From contig OZ199839.1 in assembly GCA_964304625.1 (NCBI GenBank), positions 10,651,186 to 10,715,185 of the forward strand: 64,000 nt of DNA, written 5' to 3'. Source of the DNA: Kudoa neothunni (lineage: Eukaryota > Animalia > Cnidaria). Position numbers and translations under genes: made by a program. Shown one piece after another: positions 42,264 through 60,200 of this stretch; positions within the stretch are counted from its first letter, which is position 1; every line of letters starts with the position of its first letter. The notes beneath the pieces are model-generated. The model saw only the letters and a program-made list of their open reading frames with translations. It was not told where the DNA came from and made no database searches.

Positions 42264-43312
42264 CTAGAGTACGGTATAGCGACGAAAGTGGGTGATTATC
42301 TTACCTCTTCGCCCCGTTCAAAAATGGAATATTCTACGGTCGAAATTGAAGATATCCTTATAGAAGACACGTTCGATCCAAAAAAGGATCAACCCAAATT
42401 AGTATTCTTATTGCGGAGATTTGGTTTACTGTCAAAAATTCGCTCATGTGAATCTTGCCATTCGGATACGCTACTCAGACCAGAAAACAATATTGACTCA
42501 TTTATATTCCGCTGTTATAAATGTAATCAAAAACATCGCTCAGAAAAGGCACGTTTTTTGAAGGGCCAGAACTTACGTTATGGCAAATCTTTTATCTAAT
42601 TTTGCAGACGTCAACGATTTATATTTGAATTACGATACAATTATGAGGCAATTGAAGATCTACTCAAGAGAAACAGTTTGCAACTGGAAGAATCATATAC
42701 GTGAAATCTACATGGAATATCTTAATATCAAAAGTCCTTCAATTGGTGGTTCAAGTATTATTGTGCAAATTGATGAATCCCAACTATGCAAGCGTAAATA
42801 CCATCGCGGTAAGATGCTTGTGAATCAAAATGTGTGAGAAGTTGGAGGAATCGATAAAGATGGAAACATATTTCAAGTTTTAATTGAAGTTAGAAATCGA
42901 GGCACATTGGAGACGATTATCTCTCAATATGTCCTAATTGGGTCCACCATCTGGACCGATTTGTGGGGTGGCTACAATAATCTAAACATGTTGGGCTATC
43001 ATCATGATAAGGTTAACCATAGTATTGAATTTAAAACGTCCGATGGAGTCCATACGAACAGAATTGAGGCCATTTGGGGCGCCATCAAGCGCAAGTTCCG
43101 TTATATTACAAACAAAAAATCGAAATTAATGGGTTCCTACTTGGCAGATTAAATGTTTAAAAAAACATTTAAAAATAATAGGCTTTCAAAATATATATTT
43201 GTTATTCACCAAATTTATTTACATTGATAAATATGTGTTTTTTTGTGTGTTACGAACTTAGGGCAGAATATTCACGAAATGTAACAACTCTTGTCGCTAT
43301 ACCGTACTTTAG
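42264..43312 (+). mobile_element. Merlin/ISXO2 (IS1595-family-like) DNA transposon with degenerate transposase
   Basis: TIRs CTAGAGTACGGTATAGCGACGAAAGT / ACTCTTGTCGCTATACCGTACTTTAG. CxxC zinc ribbon, then VQIDES..KRKYHRG, GSTIWTDLWGGY, HDKVNHS and HTNRIEAIW (DDE). One frameshift and internal stops; no clear TSD. Confidence 0.92.
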
Positions 43313-43619
43313 CCATTTCATAACCAAATAATGCATTTATTTGTAAAGCTGCTCTTTATTTGACGACAAATCAAAATCCGTTTGATTTAGTTAAAAATAT
43401 ATCACTAATGGACGTATTTCATGCGAGGAGACAAAAGATACCTTAAAATGGATTATAAAGGAATTCGTAAATATGGAGCCGTGGTTAAAATTTAAAAGGT
43501 TGGCAAAAATAACCGACAAAGACTATTTATTGTGTATATGCCTAAAGTTTGTATTTCTTTTTTGAACCCCAAAACTAGATTAATTCCACATATTATAACA
43601 AGAGGTAGTGATTTTCGAC

Positions 43620-45800
43620 GACTATTTTTAAAAAATTCGACAATTAAAATAGACGCCTATTATCAAAATTGACGCATGCGGAACAAAAAACTTGATTATC
43701 AAACTCAATGACAATGAAATAAACATAAATATAATATTTAAAGCATTTTCATTAGTTCAAATACTAGATTCACCTTATAACTTTTGAGAGAATGCTATAA
43801 TTTTGAGAAACATCTTTCCAAGACTATAAGTGATAGCGATATATGCACCAAATCTTGGTCTACCCTCGACAATATGGAGTACTTTGATTTTTTTATTCCC
43901 TAAAATCCAGGACTTATCATTTGGTCAATTCTATGGAGTGTAAGTTTCAACAAATCCTGCTGCGAAATTTCTTGTTGATTGACGTTAACAAATTTTGATA
44001 TATGTATTGGGTCAATTTCCTCATTTAAATATGTTTATTATATAATTGTCAATTGGGCTTCTTTTTCTGTCACAATAAAACGAAAAATAGTCGACGAATT
44101 ATTTCTATTTTAATCGAAAATTGCGACCTCTAATTATAACTGTTCCAGCGAGAAACAAAAGTCGGCAAATATGACATCATAACCGAAAAAAACAGGATGC
44201 TTAGAATATTGGGAAAATCACATATGTTAAGAATAAGGAAATCTTCGATTGTCTATGTCTATGCTATGAACTATTCGATCATGGAATTGAAGAATTAAAT
44301 GCTTATTTTCCAAAAAATTGGTTTCTCATTTATCAGGATTTATCAGAAATGGATAATTGGTTTAAATATAACTGAGCATTATTATAATAACACTACTAAC
44401 AACCGAGTTGAATCTATTAATGCAACCATACGAAATTTGTCGAAACATTTTGTATTATGAATAATGTTTAAGAGTATTTCTCTTTTTTTAAAGAGATATT
44501 GAATTGAGAGACAAAACCTTATTGTTATAGAATTCATAAAACCGTTTGAATCTACGATTGATAATGAGATATTTATAAACTATCATAATTATCTGACACT
44601 TTATTTATCAGCATAATCCAAGAAGAATTTAAAAAGTAAAGGAAATTACTTTAGAGGGAAATATCTGTGTTAACAGTTGCAATTGTTTCAAACACAAAGT
44701 ATTCAAGTTTCCTTATTGACACGTTCTATATAAACGAGCAGTCAATATGCTTGATGAACCATTATGCCATTATCGTTAGACTGTTGGACTAAGTGACATG
44801 AGAATAACTTTTAAAATGTAAATAGTTACAAGTTTTAAGATTTTCCTGATGAAAAAATTGCATAAGTCAAACCTGAGGACTCTATCAAAACCTTTTCATA
44901 ACGATTTAGACTGTTTTCCATGTTTATAAAAAAGCTGATGACAATGTCGGCAGAGTTATTCAAATTACCGCTGAAGTTTTTAAAAGAATTGAACGTGTAA
45001 TTTAGGATCATGGTATAAAAATGTTGTCTACTGTAAATGAATCAAGTTATTCATTATTGGTTGTAAATATAGAAAGTATACTAGTAAAATTAATTTGAGA
45101 GAAGATAACGCATCCATTGAAATCATATCTTCTGATCCTTAAATGAATCGTATTACACAGATAGTTCGTAGCTAAAAATGTTAATTTTATTAATGCAATA
45201 TAATTTAAATAAAGCTAATGAATGCACTGAGGAAATGGTAAACCAACCATAATATTACAAATATTAGAGTATGTTATTGTATTTAGCTAAGTAATTGTAA
45301 ATAAATGTATCACTCAATCAATCAATCAATCAATCAAACGACAACTAATGATGAATATAAGGTAACTAATTTTAGGTTATCTATAATAATCTTTACAAAG
45401 TCAAGTCTGTTGGAAGACCGAATGGCGGCAAATTAACTACTATTAGACTTCCAAAGAAAAAGAAAAAATAATACTTTAACAAATATTTGATAAAAAATTT
45501 CGATTTATGTTTGAATTTTAAATAGCTTTCATTACAAAGTGGGGATGATTTTTTCAGTTTGGTCTACTTGGTTTGCATAATTAATAAAACTTATCAATAA
45601 TTGCAAAATGATGGGCGTAAGTATCTTACGAAAATGATAACATTTCGCAAAATTAGTTTGTATCAGACCGTAAAATTGACAGATGGACCAATGGTTTCGG
45701 GTGCAAATGAAGGTATTTTTTACAATTAGCATAAGCTGGTAACGTAAATATGCTAAAATTGTTACAAATGCAGAAATAATTAGTTTTCAACCGATATAAA
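43620..45800 (+). pseudogene. Decayed MULE transposase remnant (boundaries approximate)
   Basis: NTTNNRVESINA at about 44390, SWIM-like CNCF....FP..H at about 44680, and VGRPNGGKLTTIRLPKK at about 45405, which resembles RGRPK...TVIGLRKK in the 16117 MULE. Confidence 0.6.
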
Positions 45801-45899
45801 AATTAGAAGGAAAGATTAATGCCAACACACATGAATAAAATTGATTTAAATATTAATTTATACTAATTATTAATATTAGAAGGATGGAATCTAATGTTT

Positions 45900-46900
45900 T
45901 TAACTGCATATTCGAAATACTTAAGTAAAAAAATTCTATCCGAATAACAAACAGTCTGAGGAGGGATTACAATTATTACGTTCCTAGAAAGCTATTTATA
46001 TTTGATTGTCTAAACGTTTTGAACATATTATGTTTAATTTTTGGTTAAAGTTGAGTTGATTCTCCTAAGCAGTTAAATTCTGTACTAGCCGTTACTTATC
46101 TTGAACAAGTAGGGAATTAAAGATTTCCTAAAAAACCGTGTTTTCTACTTTCGCTTATTTTATTTTTGTTGTTTCCATCTTCCGGTTTGTAATTTAAAAA
46201 AATTTAAGGGGAGGGTTATTTACAATCCGAAATAAATTAGATAATATCTTTTTCGGTCATCTCAATTATTTTATAAGCAAGTTAAAATTAAAGCATCAAT
46301 GAAAGATATTATAAGGGATATACTTGATCCATGGGAACTGGATTTTCTAAAAAATCTAATTGTTGTATCCATTGATATATTAAGTCAGGTTCTATATTAT
46401 TAAAATAATTTTAACAAAGTTTATTGATTGTGGGTATATTTAGTTGTTAATTTCAATTATGTAGTTTGTAGATATAATGATATTAATATTATTGTAGTTG
46501 AACTTCAAGGGATAAATTATTCTTAGATTGAGAGGTTGTAAGAAGCTTGCCTGGAATTTTTGAAAAATATAATAAAACGTATAATTTAATTTCATAATGA
46601 AGTACTAATGCTGTCGAGGAATTACAACAAATTTAGCTTAATTTTTTTAAAAATATTTTGTTCATCTCTGCTTTATTATTTATTATTATACTTGTATCTC
46701 CCAAATAGAGTTTTACCTTTTTAACAAATTATTTCCTCTTTATGACTAATCACAGGATGTCTGAAGTTAGCCCATGATATGGACGCTCTAAGCTAAAAAC
46801 TCGTTTTAAATCTCTCTTCTAGACACGGAACAAACTTTATCTTCGAAAATTGACACATTATTAAGATTAACCTCATCCAATTTTATTTATAGTATGGTGT
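45900..46900 (-). pseudogene. Possible heavily decayed retroviral-type integrase remnant
   Basis: Scattered minus-strand motifs in integrase order (LQPL-like, LIISD, PY...SNG). No ORF. Confidence 0.25.
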
Positions 46901-48303
46901 AGTTATATCCAAATAGTTAAAAAAATTAGCAGAATTAACACAACTCAATTTATAATTTCACTAATGGTAACAGGATAGTTTTAATGAGAGGATATCTCAT
47001 TTATTGACCATTCTTAAATTAACTCGTGACCTATGAGACCAACACTGCTCATGAATCCCAAATTTTTTCCGTGTGAACTCTTACTAATTTTGTAGAATAT
47101 TGTTATATTATTTTCCAAAGATCGTTTTTAATGAATCATGATGAATTTTGTCAATCATAAAATAGAATCAAAATCAGTATCTAACCACTATTTATATTTA
47201 ATTGTTATATTAAATCAAACTTTCTCCCAATGATGAAATTAATTCGGTCATCTTGTATTAAACCTTATACATATCAGAAATAAGTACGAGATAGAAATCG
47301 CGATAAATATGAGGTTTATTAGCCTATGCCCGCAAACTCTTGAATAATATGAAAATAACTAGGCTTACTTTAAGTTCAAATGACTTTCATCGTTATCAGG
47401 TATGTATTCAATATTAATAAAAGATTTTATACATTATGGTTGTATCCAAAAATTTCCGTATAATCGATAATCCCAATATATTATAAAATAACTAATTTAT
47501 AAGTTACTTTTTTATTGAAATTTTTAATTTTAATTTCATAAAATAATTCTTCTGTAGTTATAGAGATAGTTTCCACCCTTTTCTTATGTATAGGATATGA
47601 ACAAATAAAAGTACTTAAAATTGATAGCCTACTCTATCATTCTATTTCTTGCTCTTAATCAATAATCAATAAGTTTAATGAATGAATTTAATTCTCCACA
47701 CCATTCTTCCTAAATTATATCTACATTTGTTCCAATCTTTTTATCATGACGAAAAAAGATGGAAAGAAAATAGAGTACAATTGGTTGCACATGTTAACTT
47801 CTAACAACGACATTATAAACCCTCATTAAAACAACCGCTGCTATTTAATTAAAATTTAATGACTCCTGCCGGTTTAATGACGCAAATTTAATGGATACTA
47901 CATAAAATCAGGCATTCAAACAGATTCCAAATTGATTATACCAAATAAAGCCACATATACTTTACTATAACGAAAAATTAAGAACGGCGGCAGGCAGATT
48001 CAGCATGTGACGACAATAAGAGCTATTATTATTATGACATGCTGCCTCACCTCCAAGTCGTAAAAGAATTATATCAACCAACTTCATTAATTAATATTTG
48101 AAATAAAAGTTTCTTGTTTACTTCTACCATTTATATAAAAAGTACAAGAAATTTAACTGAAAAAGCAAGGACGAGTTGCAATAACAACAAATAGCAAAAT
48201 GCATATAAACGCTATGTCAAGTGGATAAAGTAGCCATGATAGTAATAAAATCAAAAAGATGGGTTATCAACAAAGCCACAAGCGGAGTGATGTAAAAATG
48301 AAT

Positions 48304-51028
<2,725 letters not shown>

Positions 51029-54000
51029 TAGTATATGCAGGTATAGATCGCTAGATTAGTTTGACCTGGTCGTTTACTAAAAGGTGGATTTTATAAGGAT
51101 GATCTTCTAATTAAATGATATCAATAATTAAGTTATTATTGTTGTTGTTGTGTTAGTGAAAATAGTATTTTTAGATTAAAATATTAGTGTGTCTCTAGGC
51201 GACCAGTAAAAAGACAACTATCCCTTAGATACAGCGACGGATGTTAGTCAACCAACAAAAGGGTTATCATAGGAATTAACACCAGAATAGCTGGTCAACT
51301 TAACAATTCATATGTCTTTTACTAATAATAAAAATGTGGCTCTAATCCCCTAAATCATTAGGACCTAATTATCATACATGTTGTATGGATGTGGTGGTGT
51401 GGGTGGTTACCAGCACACACTCATCACATTCGATAGACTAACCAACTGATAACCTACCCCATAGAAGTGTTCAACCTGTCACACCCACAAGCTTATAATT
51501 TGGTTCCCAACTAACAACTAGATAATAACAACAACTTAGGTTGATGTTCCCCAGATGATGGTAATTATCCGGTAGATATAATTATTTGAATACTGATGTA
51601 GGAACATTTTAAATGACTCGCCCCAAAAACAATATACAGCAATGAGTCACGAATATAATATCATTAATCATATCCCCACTGTATACTATGTGATATTGGA
51701 GGGGGTGGTGAGATGTGGTAGGTTTTGGACTTAAAATCAATATTCACAATCCACCAAACGGAAATATTGGACCAAAGCAGTGTTAGATATTTCGAAACTA
51801 ATTAATATTGCAAGTTATTTTCAGAATGTTAGCATAAAAATCAACAAATACAGCCCATCAAGGCAAATAATAGTTAGAAGTGGACGGAGAATCAATCGAA
51901 AATCGTTCATATCAAAATTATACGTTATCCGCCCATAAATAAAGAAACGTGACAATGGAGAATAATTGCAAAATTTAATCCTGTCACTATGAATGGATGT
52001 GTTTATAAACAATCATCACACATCAATAGATCATTATTGATTGAGGAAATGTGTGTTAAGCGGCCAACGATTACTTGAAAAAAAAATATTATCAATTAAT
52101 CGGATATAGCTTTGACTGCGAAAAACAACCAAAGAATATCTTTATCCAAAAAGTGTTGAGCTGATTAAGATTATTATATTCAATAATCGGTTGATATTGA
52201 TTTTCGATGCAATTAATCACGCCATAAACTCCGATTACGTGCCAATAAGGTGGTACAGGCGGATGTGTTGACGTGACTAGTGTCAACCACACGCATGATA
52301 GCCAAGTAAACACTTATTAGGATTAGTTGTTAAAGCCTTGACAACAAAAATTAATTCTTTGTCTGTTTGAGGCAAGCGTTTCAACACACCTGCATCTAGC
52401 TTCTTTAAAAATAATAGCATTAAACCCCCGTCGGGGCACCCCCAACAAAGAGGATTGTGTAGGATGTGCTGTTGCGCCTTACTCCACCTCCTCCTCCTTC
52501 TCAAAACAGCAATGTTCTATTAGTTTTCGGATTTTACGCCAACATGCACTCGCTCACCCACTGTGATCTCACTATAGTTAGTAGTTTTGTGATCAGGTGA
52601 TTATAATCATACTCAAACGAATCCTCGACTTTGTATTTATATTCCACTGTCTGATATTTATTCTAGCTTATTGATGATGACCAATGGATAGTAAACCAAC
52701 TGATTTGTAATTAGCCCCAATCCGGCTCAGCATTACGTTTGCTACTGATCGACAGTTTCTCATTTATAATTAAAAAACCCAGTGTAAGTCCCAACCATCT
52801 ACATTACTCACGCCAGCCTAATCCCTTCAGGGGGTGATTTCAAATTAACCTTGAGACAACTAACAAGTCCTAGTAGAACAATTCACCTTGATTTGAATAA
52901 GTCATCTTATTCAAATACACACACACGAATTACAAATGTATTACAGATATATTACTGAAGTATTACAATTTTTAGGGCTGATACTAACTGCGTTAACAAA
53001 TCAATTACCTTTATTCTCCAATGACTCCTTCGCACGGTTGAGCTGGTAAATCGATCGTCAACTTCACTTGGATCCTATCAAATTTATCTTATCCTGTCAA
53101 AGATAACCCCGAGAAAACAAACAATATCTAGGAGATTGATCAATCTCGCAGATATGACGCATGTAGATGGTAATGATTAATATGTGGTGGATGATCAATC
53201 TACAGATAAGTATAATATCGGTTAAATTTGTTATCTGGTGTTTTTTATTGAATTCTACATTCCGATAGGGAAGCTGTTTCACAGCACACACAATGTGAAC
53301 GCTCTCCTGATGGCATAACATCAATATAATAGATACGATTAGATAATTTATATTGTAGTGATGGAGAATTGATCGTTATCTGTCCTAATCCAAAATGTGT
53401 TTGGTTGTCATTGTTTATTTGTCACATTGAAATATTTAAATTTTGAAAGCTTAATCCTTTTTTGTATTGTACAAATATTCGGTTTGTTGATTTGAAAGAG
53501 ATGATGACTATGACAGTTGTTGATGTTGTTGTTGTTGTTATTGTGTGTGTTCCCTGTGTGTTGTGTTCAAAGCAAGATATGTCATATTTGGGCGCTATTA
53601 TTTGATTTTAAATAATAATTTTACAAAAAATGTTTGACATTTGATTTAATCCTGCATATGATTAAAGAGGGATAGCTAGAGATTTGCTTCCGTTACATCA
53701 GCAATAACTCTCTGTTTTAAAAACCAAAGATGTGACATTCATCTCGTGTTAATTTTACAATCATTTGTTGGTTATACACATTCAATTAATCAACTTGATA
53801 TTATTGTGGGCAATTTTGAGTGGGTTCCGACATTTGTTCTTATCGTAACAACTGAATTAAATATTGAATATTGAGGGTGTTTCGTGTTTTCATTTTTCAT
53901 CGCCTACAAAGCCTTTCATATTAATCAGTTGGTTGACCGATAAATAAATATTGGTGAGTGAATCAGTGAGAGCGAGTGTGTATTAGAAAAGCGAAGCTGA

Positions 54001-56237
54001 GATTATCCATAAAAATCGCGCTATTGTAACATCCTAAAATATTTTTGATATTATTTGAAATAAGTTCGAGAATTTTTTAATCTTTGAGGTGTTTGAAAAA
54101 TTTGCATTATATTACCCACAATAAATTCAAATTAAATAAGTAAAGTTAAATATCCCCGAGTTTTTAAGTTGGGTGGTATTTTATGTAGGAAATCAATAAA
54201 AACGTATATTTGTGTGATTGGCAGCAGGATACAACATATATTTGTGTAGAGTTTTAATAATATAATTAGTTGCCATAAAAGTATAATTTAAAGATAACGA
54301 CGTGTTAGTTGTGACAACGACAACGTCACGTTATTACGAATATTCAATATTCCATCTAATATTGACACGAAATGTAAGAAATTGCTCCTTTTAAAAATCG
54401 CAACGAGAAAATATCACGAAAAGATAAAAATTGATAAGGTGTAAATATCAAATTAAAAGATAAATGCTAATGGGTTAAGTGATTTGACATTATAGTATAT
54501 CCATTACTACTGGGTAATGACCATAGCTCTTCGTTACGTGGCATTCAGCAACTAATATGTATAAGTCAAACTTATTGAAATCACTTTAATAATTCTTTAG
54601 CAGTTGTTTCGATAGCAGATATTTTTTAGCTACAAAATATCAATGATTATTTAGGCTTATCACTTGTCTAATGTTTTTTCGAGGTATACATTGATTTATT
54701 AAGGGTTAAATAGGACAAAATTTTTCGAGCTCAAAAATTTTATTATTTTAAACAAACCAAATGATTACAATATATCGTTCGATCAATCGATGAGAAATAT
54801 GGTGAAACTAATATGTGTATTCATTGTACAATAAACAAACACACATTAATCATAATGAAATGTATTGTGAGTATTTATTGGATTTCACCGAGAATTATTC
54901 TCATTTGTGCGCATATAAAAATATTTCTTAACCCCATTTTCAAATCAAACTACAAAATCAGGAGAACGTTCATTAAAACACACAATATAAAACCCCCTTT
55001 ATAGAATGTATTCAAACTGCGAAATTATTTCAAATTCCAAACCGCTAAACATTGCCTAACAATTCGGGCCATGTTGTTATTTGAAGTATTAAGCTCAACT
55101 CAGCAGACTATTCCCATAGGGCCATCGATCTAATCCCATTAGTGTGATATTATAATCCTTATTAGTAGTGAATTGACCACTACATAGTTTTGTTATTTTT
55201 AGGCAGCGTTAATCCTTAAATATTTTTAATTTTATGGATGAATTCATTTTTTATCATGCCCGATTGTGTTATGTCTATATTTGAAGAATAAATTGTGCGT
55301 GCGCCATTGTGATTTTATAATCAAATTCGGATGTGATTTGTGTGTATTTTAGTCCTAATATTTTTCATAAAGATTTTCTAAATTTTTCATATCTTTTTTG
55401 TTTAAAATGAATATTCAACCACGAAAAACCACTAATATGTGATAATTGAATATTTGTTGTATTTTTAAATAAAATATAATTCATCTAAATTTTGCAAAAC
55501 ATATTTATTTAATTTATGTAATTAAATCAGTTGTTTCAAGTGGAAGAAGAAATAGGTAAAGACAGCATTACGATTTATATACTTATAATCGGACCTGCGC
55601 GGCTTGTGTAAAGGCATGCGTTTACCCCCAAAACACCGAAGGATACATTCCACGATTAACTTTAGGATTTCAAAAACGCGGATAAATTAAGACCAATCAA
55701 TGAACGGCTACCGTCACTCATTATAATTATTACTCTTATTTTAAGTTGATACATATCATTTGATGAAATTTTAAGATTTCAACCTATAAATAAGGATTAA
55801 TGGTTATAGTTGATTTGGAGTTTGATAAATAAAGACAACAAAAAACACGCCAGGTTGTGTTCAATTCGAATTTTTCGTAGAAATCAATATTCAATGCAAC
55901 ATTTTTTCAAACAAAATATTTTCTAGGCGCCTTTGCTACATTATATACATTATATTTATTAAATGGTTCAATTTGTTTACAAATAAGCTGAAAGTTTGTC
56001 AAGGTTAAATGCGTTTTTATAAGATGCATACGTATGACCAACTTAATGTAATAGTGATACATTGTAATTTCGTTTAAAAAAATACGTAAATGAGACATAT
56101 ATTTATTGGATGTTAGTTATTCCTCTAATTGGTATATTATTATTGAACAACTGTTGGAGGATATTTTCAATTTTTAAAATATGACATATTACTTTAATTT
56201 TAAATATTAATTAAATGCTCAAGTTTCATGTTTATAT

Positions 56238-56820
56238 CAGAGATTCTCAAAGTGGGTTCCACAAAGCGACAATTAATCATAACATAAGAAATCGGTACAT
56301 ATCATATCTTTCGACGTCAGTGAATTTTCACTGATAGCTAGAGATAGCAACACTAGTGATAGCTGGTTTTTGTCAGTTAACTACCCACCTGCAGGAAGAT
56401 TGTGCTACTTTGCTGTTAACAAATGCATTTCTTCAATTCAACAAATTATTGTTACTATTTTTTAAGCCCTACAATGGATCGACGGTTAAAAAAAGTAAAT
56501 ACAACAACATCAGCTAACAAAGACATAAAAATTGATAAATTTACAAATTTACAAATTAACGATCTGCAAGCATTAGTTAATAAAATGGAATATGTTCCAA
56601 TTTACTGTGTTTAAAATTATTCTCTTTACCATAATAAGTAACTGCTATTTGCTATCACAATTTCGATAAGTTTGTTCCGAATAAAATATTTTTTTATTAT
56701 AATAATTATTAACCCATTATGGTTAGTTGAACAAACCTTAGTCAGTTAATTTAAATAAGGGTTCATTATATTACCAAAAATGTGAAGGATTCCATTGCAA
56801 AAAAAGTTTGAGGAACGCAG
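56238..56820. mobile_element. hAT MITE (decayed)
   Basis: Imperfect TIRs CAGAGATTCTCAAAGT / AGTTTGAGGAACGCAG. Flanks GTTTATAT and GTATACAC (5/8). Confidence 0.5.
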
Positions 56821-57210
56821 GTATACACTAACAAAAATAATATAATTTGCAGTAGTATCCGACTTTTCTAACTTCCTAGATAGAGTGACGAAACTTCTAG
56901 GTCAGACGATTAGAATATTAAAAATTTACGATGGTTAAAAGATTTGAAAAAACTTAGAAAATTCGTATCCTCACAGAAACAGCTTATAATCTACAAAAAA
57001 TGTTAAGTTTTCATATAAATTTCGAAATTATCATATAATTTCTCAAAGTAATGTTTTCTTCAATCAGAATCAACGACAATAAGTTGATAGTTGATAGAAT
57101 AAATGAGACAACATATTGAACGAGAATAAATACAAAAATTAATTAAAAATAAATGAAAATACAAAAATAATATGAAGCATAGAAATAGATAAAATATGGA
57201 AAAGGAGTGC

Positions 57211-60200
57211 TTATTTTTTCTTAAACAGTCCCTTACGCGGAAGATCCTTTGCGGACACAATTGATCCTCGTTGGTTCATTCCATGCCTTTTGACGAAAAT
57301 TTCATGGATAGCCAAAGCCAGTGAATCTTGGGTGTGTATTTGATGTATTTTGAAGTTTTTGAAGTGAAGGGTATATCGCCATATCTGAAGCAAATAAGTA
57401 TGATTAGATGTTTGCTATTATAATGCACTTATTCAAAAAACATACACTTTAAGAAAATTTTCGTATGTGGGAACAATCATGGATAATATCTTTTCGGAGA
57501 GATCACGTTTGAACAGATTTGGCAGGGGGTACGATAGTTTTTATTTGATCGATTATCGTTTCAAGTTCGGCGTTGAAGGTCTTTAAGAGAGAGAGAGGGA
57601 TCAATAAGAAAAAACAAGCTCAAATTTACTTTGAAGGAATTTTTTATTTGTCCTTTTAACTTTGAATTCAACTATCAAATTTTATTAACAACAAGGAACT
57701 CAATTTAAAGATAAAAATTACATTTTTTCCTGAATACTGAAATTCCGCGATACTTTTTGACACATCAGAATCATTCAAAGCTGCCAAACAACCCAGCACT
57801 TTCAACCAACTATCGAAAAAAACATCCACACAAATAAACAATAGGAAGCGCGAAAAATTACCAAGTTTCGAAATTGTCATATTCGATTTTAAGGTGCTCC
57901 TCTTAAAATCGTTTATTATTACGTTAATGAAATCTTGAGCCAACAGATCGTTTGTTGTAGCATAGCTACATCGCAATAAAACAAAAATAAGCGTATTGTT
58001 CATCCTAACAATGTAAAATTTACCTTGAAAACCGATGAATTATATAGTTGTAATTGTTGATTAGAAATAAGCATCGGACTTATGTCATCTGGATAAGCGG
58101 CGGATTTCTCTACGAGGAAAGATCCTAGACTTCCAATGATACTCTCTATTGTTGAGGTATAGGAATGAATTGATTAGAAAATTTAAAAAAACCATTATAC
58201 TCATTAGTTTCCAGGCGTTATCATCCCAAGATCTGTCTGGGTAGTTCAAATCGGTTTTCTCTTTGGAATTCTGCTGATTGGGAAACATGTTTCATGTTTT
58301 CGAGCACAAACCCGATCACATTTGAGTGAGCTACCAATGCAAAAATAGAAGTCAATGTCTACATGATCAAAATATCAAAGAATATAATGATTCAAGACAT
58401 CACGTTGGATGTGAACTCGTGAACATTGGCGTCAAGTTTAGTGTCCAATTTCTCAAGGTTTTCCTACAAAAAATTGTCCATCAATTCGATAAATCCAGTT
58501 TAAAAGTTGAAACCTTACCTCTTTAAAAATCTTATATTTTACCAATACACGAAACAACTAGATTCCAATTATTAATTTTTATTGCTGTTATAATCGAACG
58601 CAATTTATACTTCATTTTGCAAATTATCTACAATTGAACGAAACTGCCTTCTAGGTTTGATAAAAACGAGGCTTAATTGATGTCACAGATTAGATCCAAC
58701 CAACAATTTTAAGGAAAATATTTTTATTGTATATGCCTACTTTGATTACCACTTCGAATAATGGTTTACTACGTAAACAAAAACTCCATCAATGGTATAA
58801 ACGATATGATCAAACTTAAGTAGATTAGAATGTCATTCTTGGAACATTCCTCTCTGGCATAATCGATCAAAACGCTCATTTCACTTTCACATTGCTGCAA
58901 CAGCGCCCAAACATATCGACGACAACACTTTGTTATGACTCATCTCCGGTATGAGTTCTTCCATAGATTTATTTTCCATAGTGATCATCACTAAAAGTGC
59001 CCCAAACATTTTCACCGTGTAGGAAGAATGAATCATTTCTAATTATTATTTATATAATAAAGGCATAATCAAGTTGCACATAAACGCCTACCTTATTTCC
59101 CCACGCACATCTAGAAAGCGATCATCATGGGTGGAGATTTGGACTGCACAAAATAATTATCAAAAGATTGAAACAAAAACTACCAGAAGCTTCAGTATTT
59201 TCACTATTGATACTATTATGTTTGGTATACGACTAGAACCAGTTATTCAACAATTGGTAAAGGGCTTAGTCAATATAATATGAATTACCCCCACTCGAAA
59301 TTTTTCTGTAAGCCTATAAATTTTAATTTAAATAAATATCACATTGAACAGCTAACTAAAAACTACGTGTTGAGAGTTGTGACCAAAATACTTATACGAG
59401 CGTTCTCGTAAAATTCAACCAATTCTATATGATATTTACTCATACGTTATTCGAATAAAAATTTAAATGTTGTATGTATGTATGTATATATAATTAGTTG
59501 TACCATTTTTCCAGCACTTCGGATGTGTATAAAACATTTGGTAATCATTCTTAATTCAGTACATGCGGCATCTTTAAATAATTCATTATGATCAAATATC
59601 CCCTCAAATACCTGGGATAATAGCATAATTGGAGAGCGATTCAATGTCAAACAATTCAACTAGAAAGTCAAGTATTCGAGTTGATTATTCAAAAAGAAAG
59701 TTACTAGAATCAGGTTGTGGAGAAATTCCATTTTCTACATTCAAGCACATAATAAACGTAAATAACATAACACAATTAATATAATTAATTTAAGTTTATG
59801 AATTTTTAATTGTTTAAGAAACCAATAAAAATAAGAATTACCGGAAAATGAACTGAGAAACGATTCAGTAAACTTTATGTTTTTAATCACTACGTCGTTA
59901 GGATAAGTTTTCACATGGGATAACAATTGGGAATGCATTTCTCGGACCAAATTTTTTTGGCCTTGTCCAATCAAATAGCTCTATAATGTAAGCGTAAGAG
60001 ATGAGTGTGCTTGGTTGATCTTTAACTTACAAAATGGGATGTGTCTGAGTTTTCAGCATATGCTGAGTGAAGTAGTCTCGAGCCTCTATGCATAAATCCA
60101 CAATTTCTATGTATTTTTTTAATTCACCGGGCTGAACACTAAGAAAAATCAAATGCTACTATCATATCAGATCATCCAATTGAAGTGGTTTACGTTGTTT

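Noticed and set aside
52092-53324. Short ORFs upstream of Groucho (for example MRRRRRWSKA...)
   Set aside because: Mostly non-ATG starts, no family motif and no consistent splice structure.
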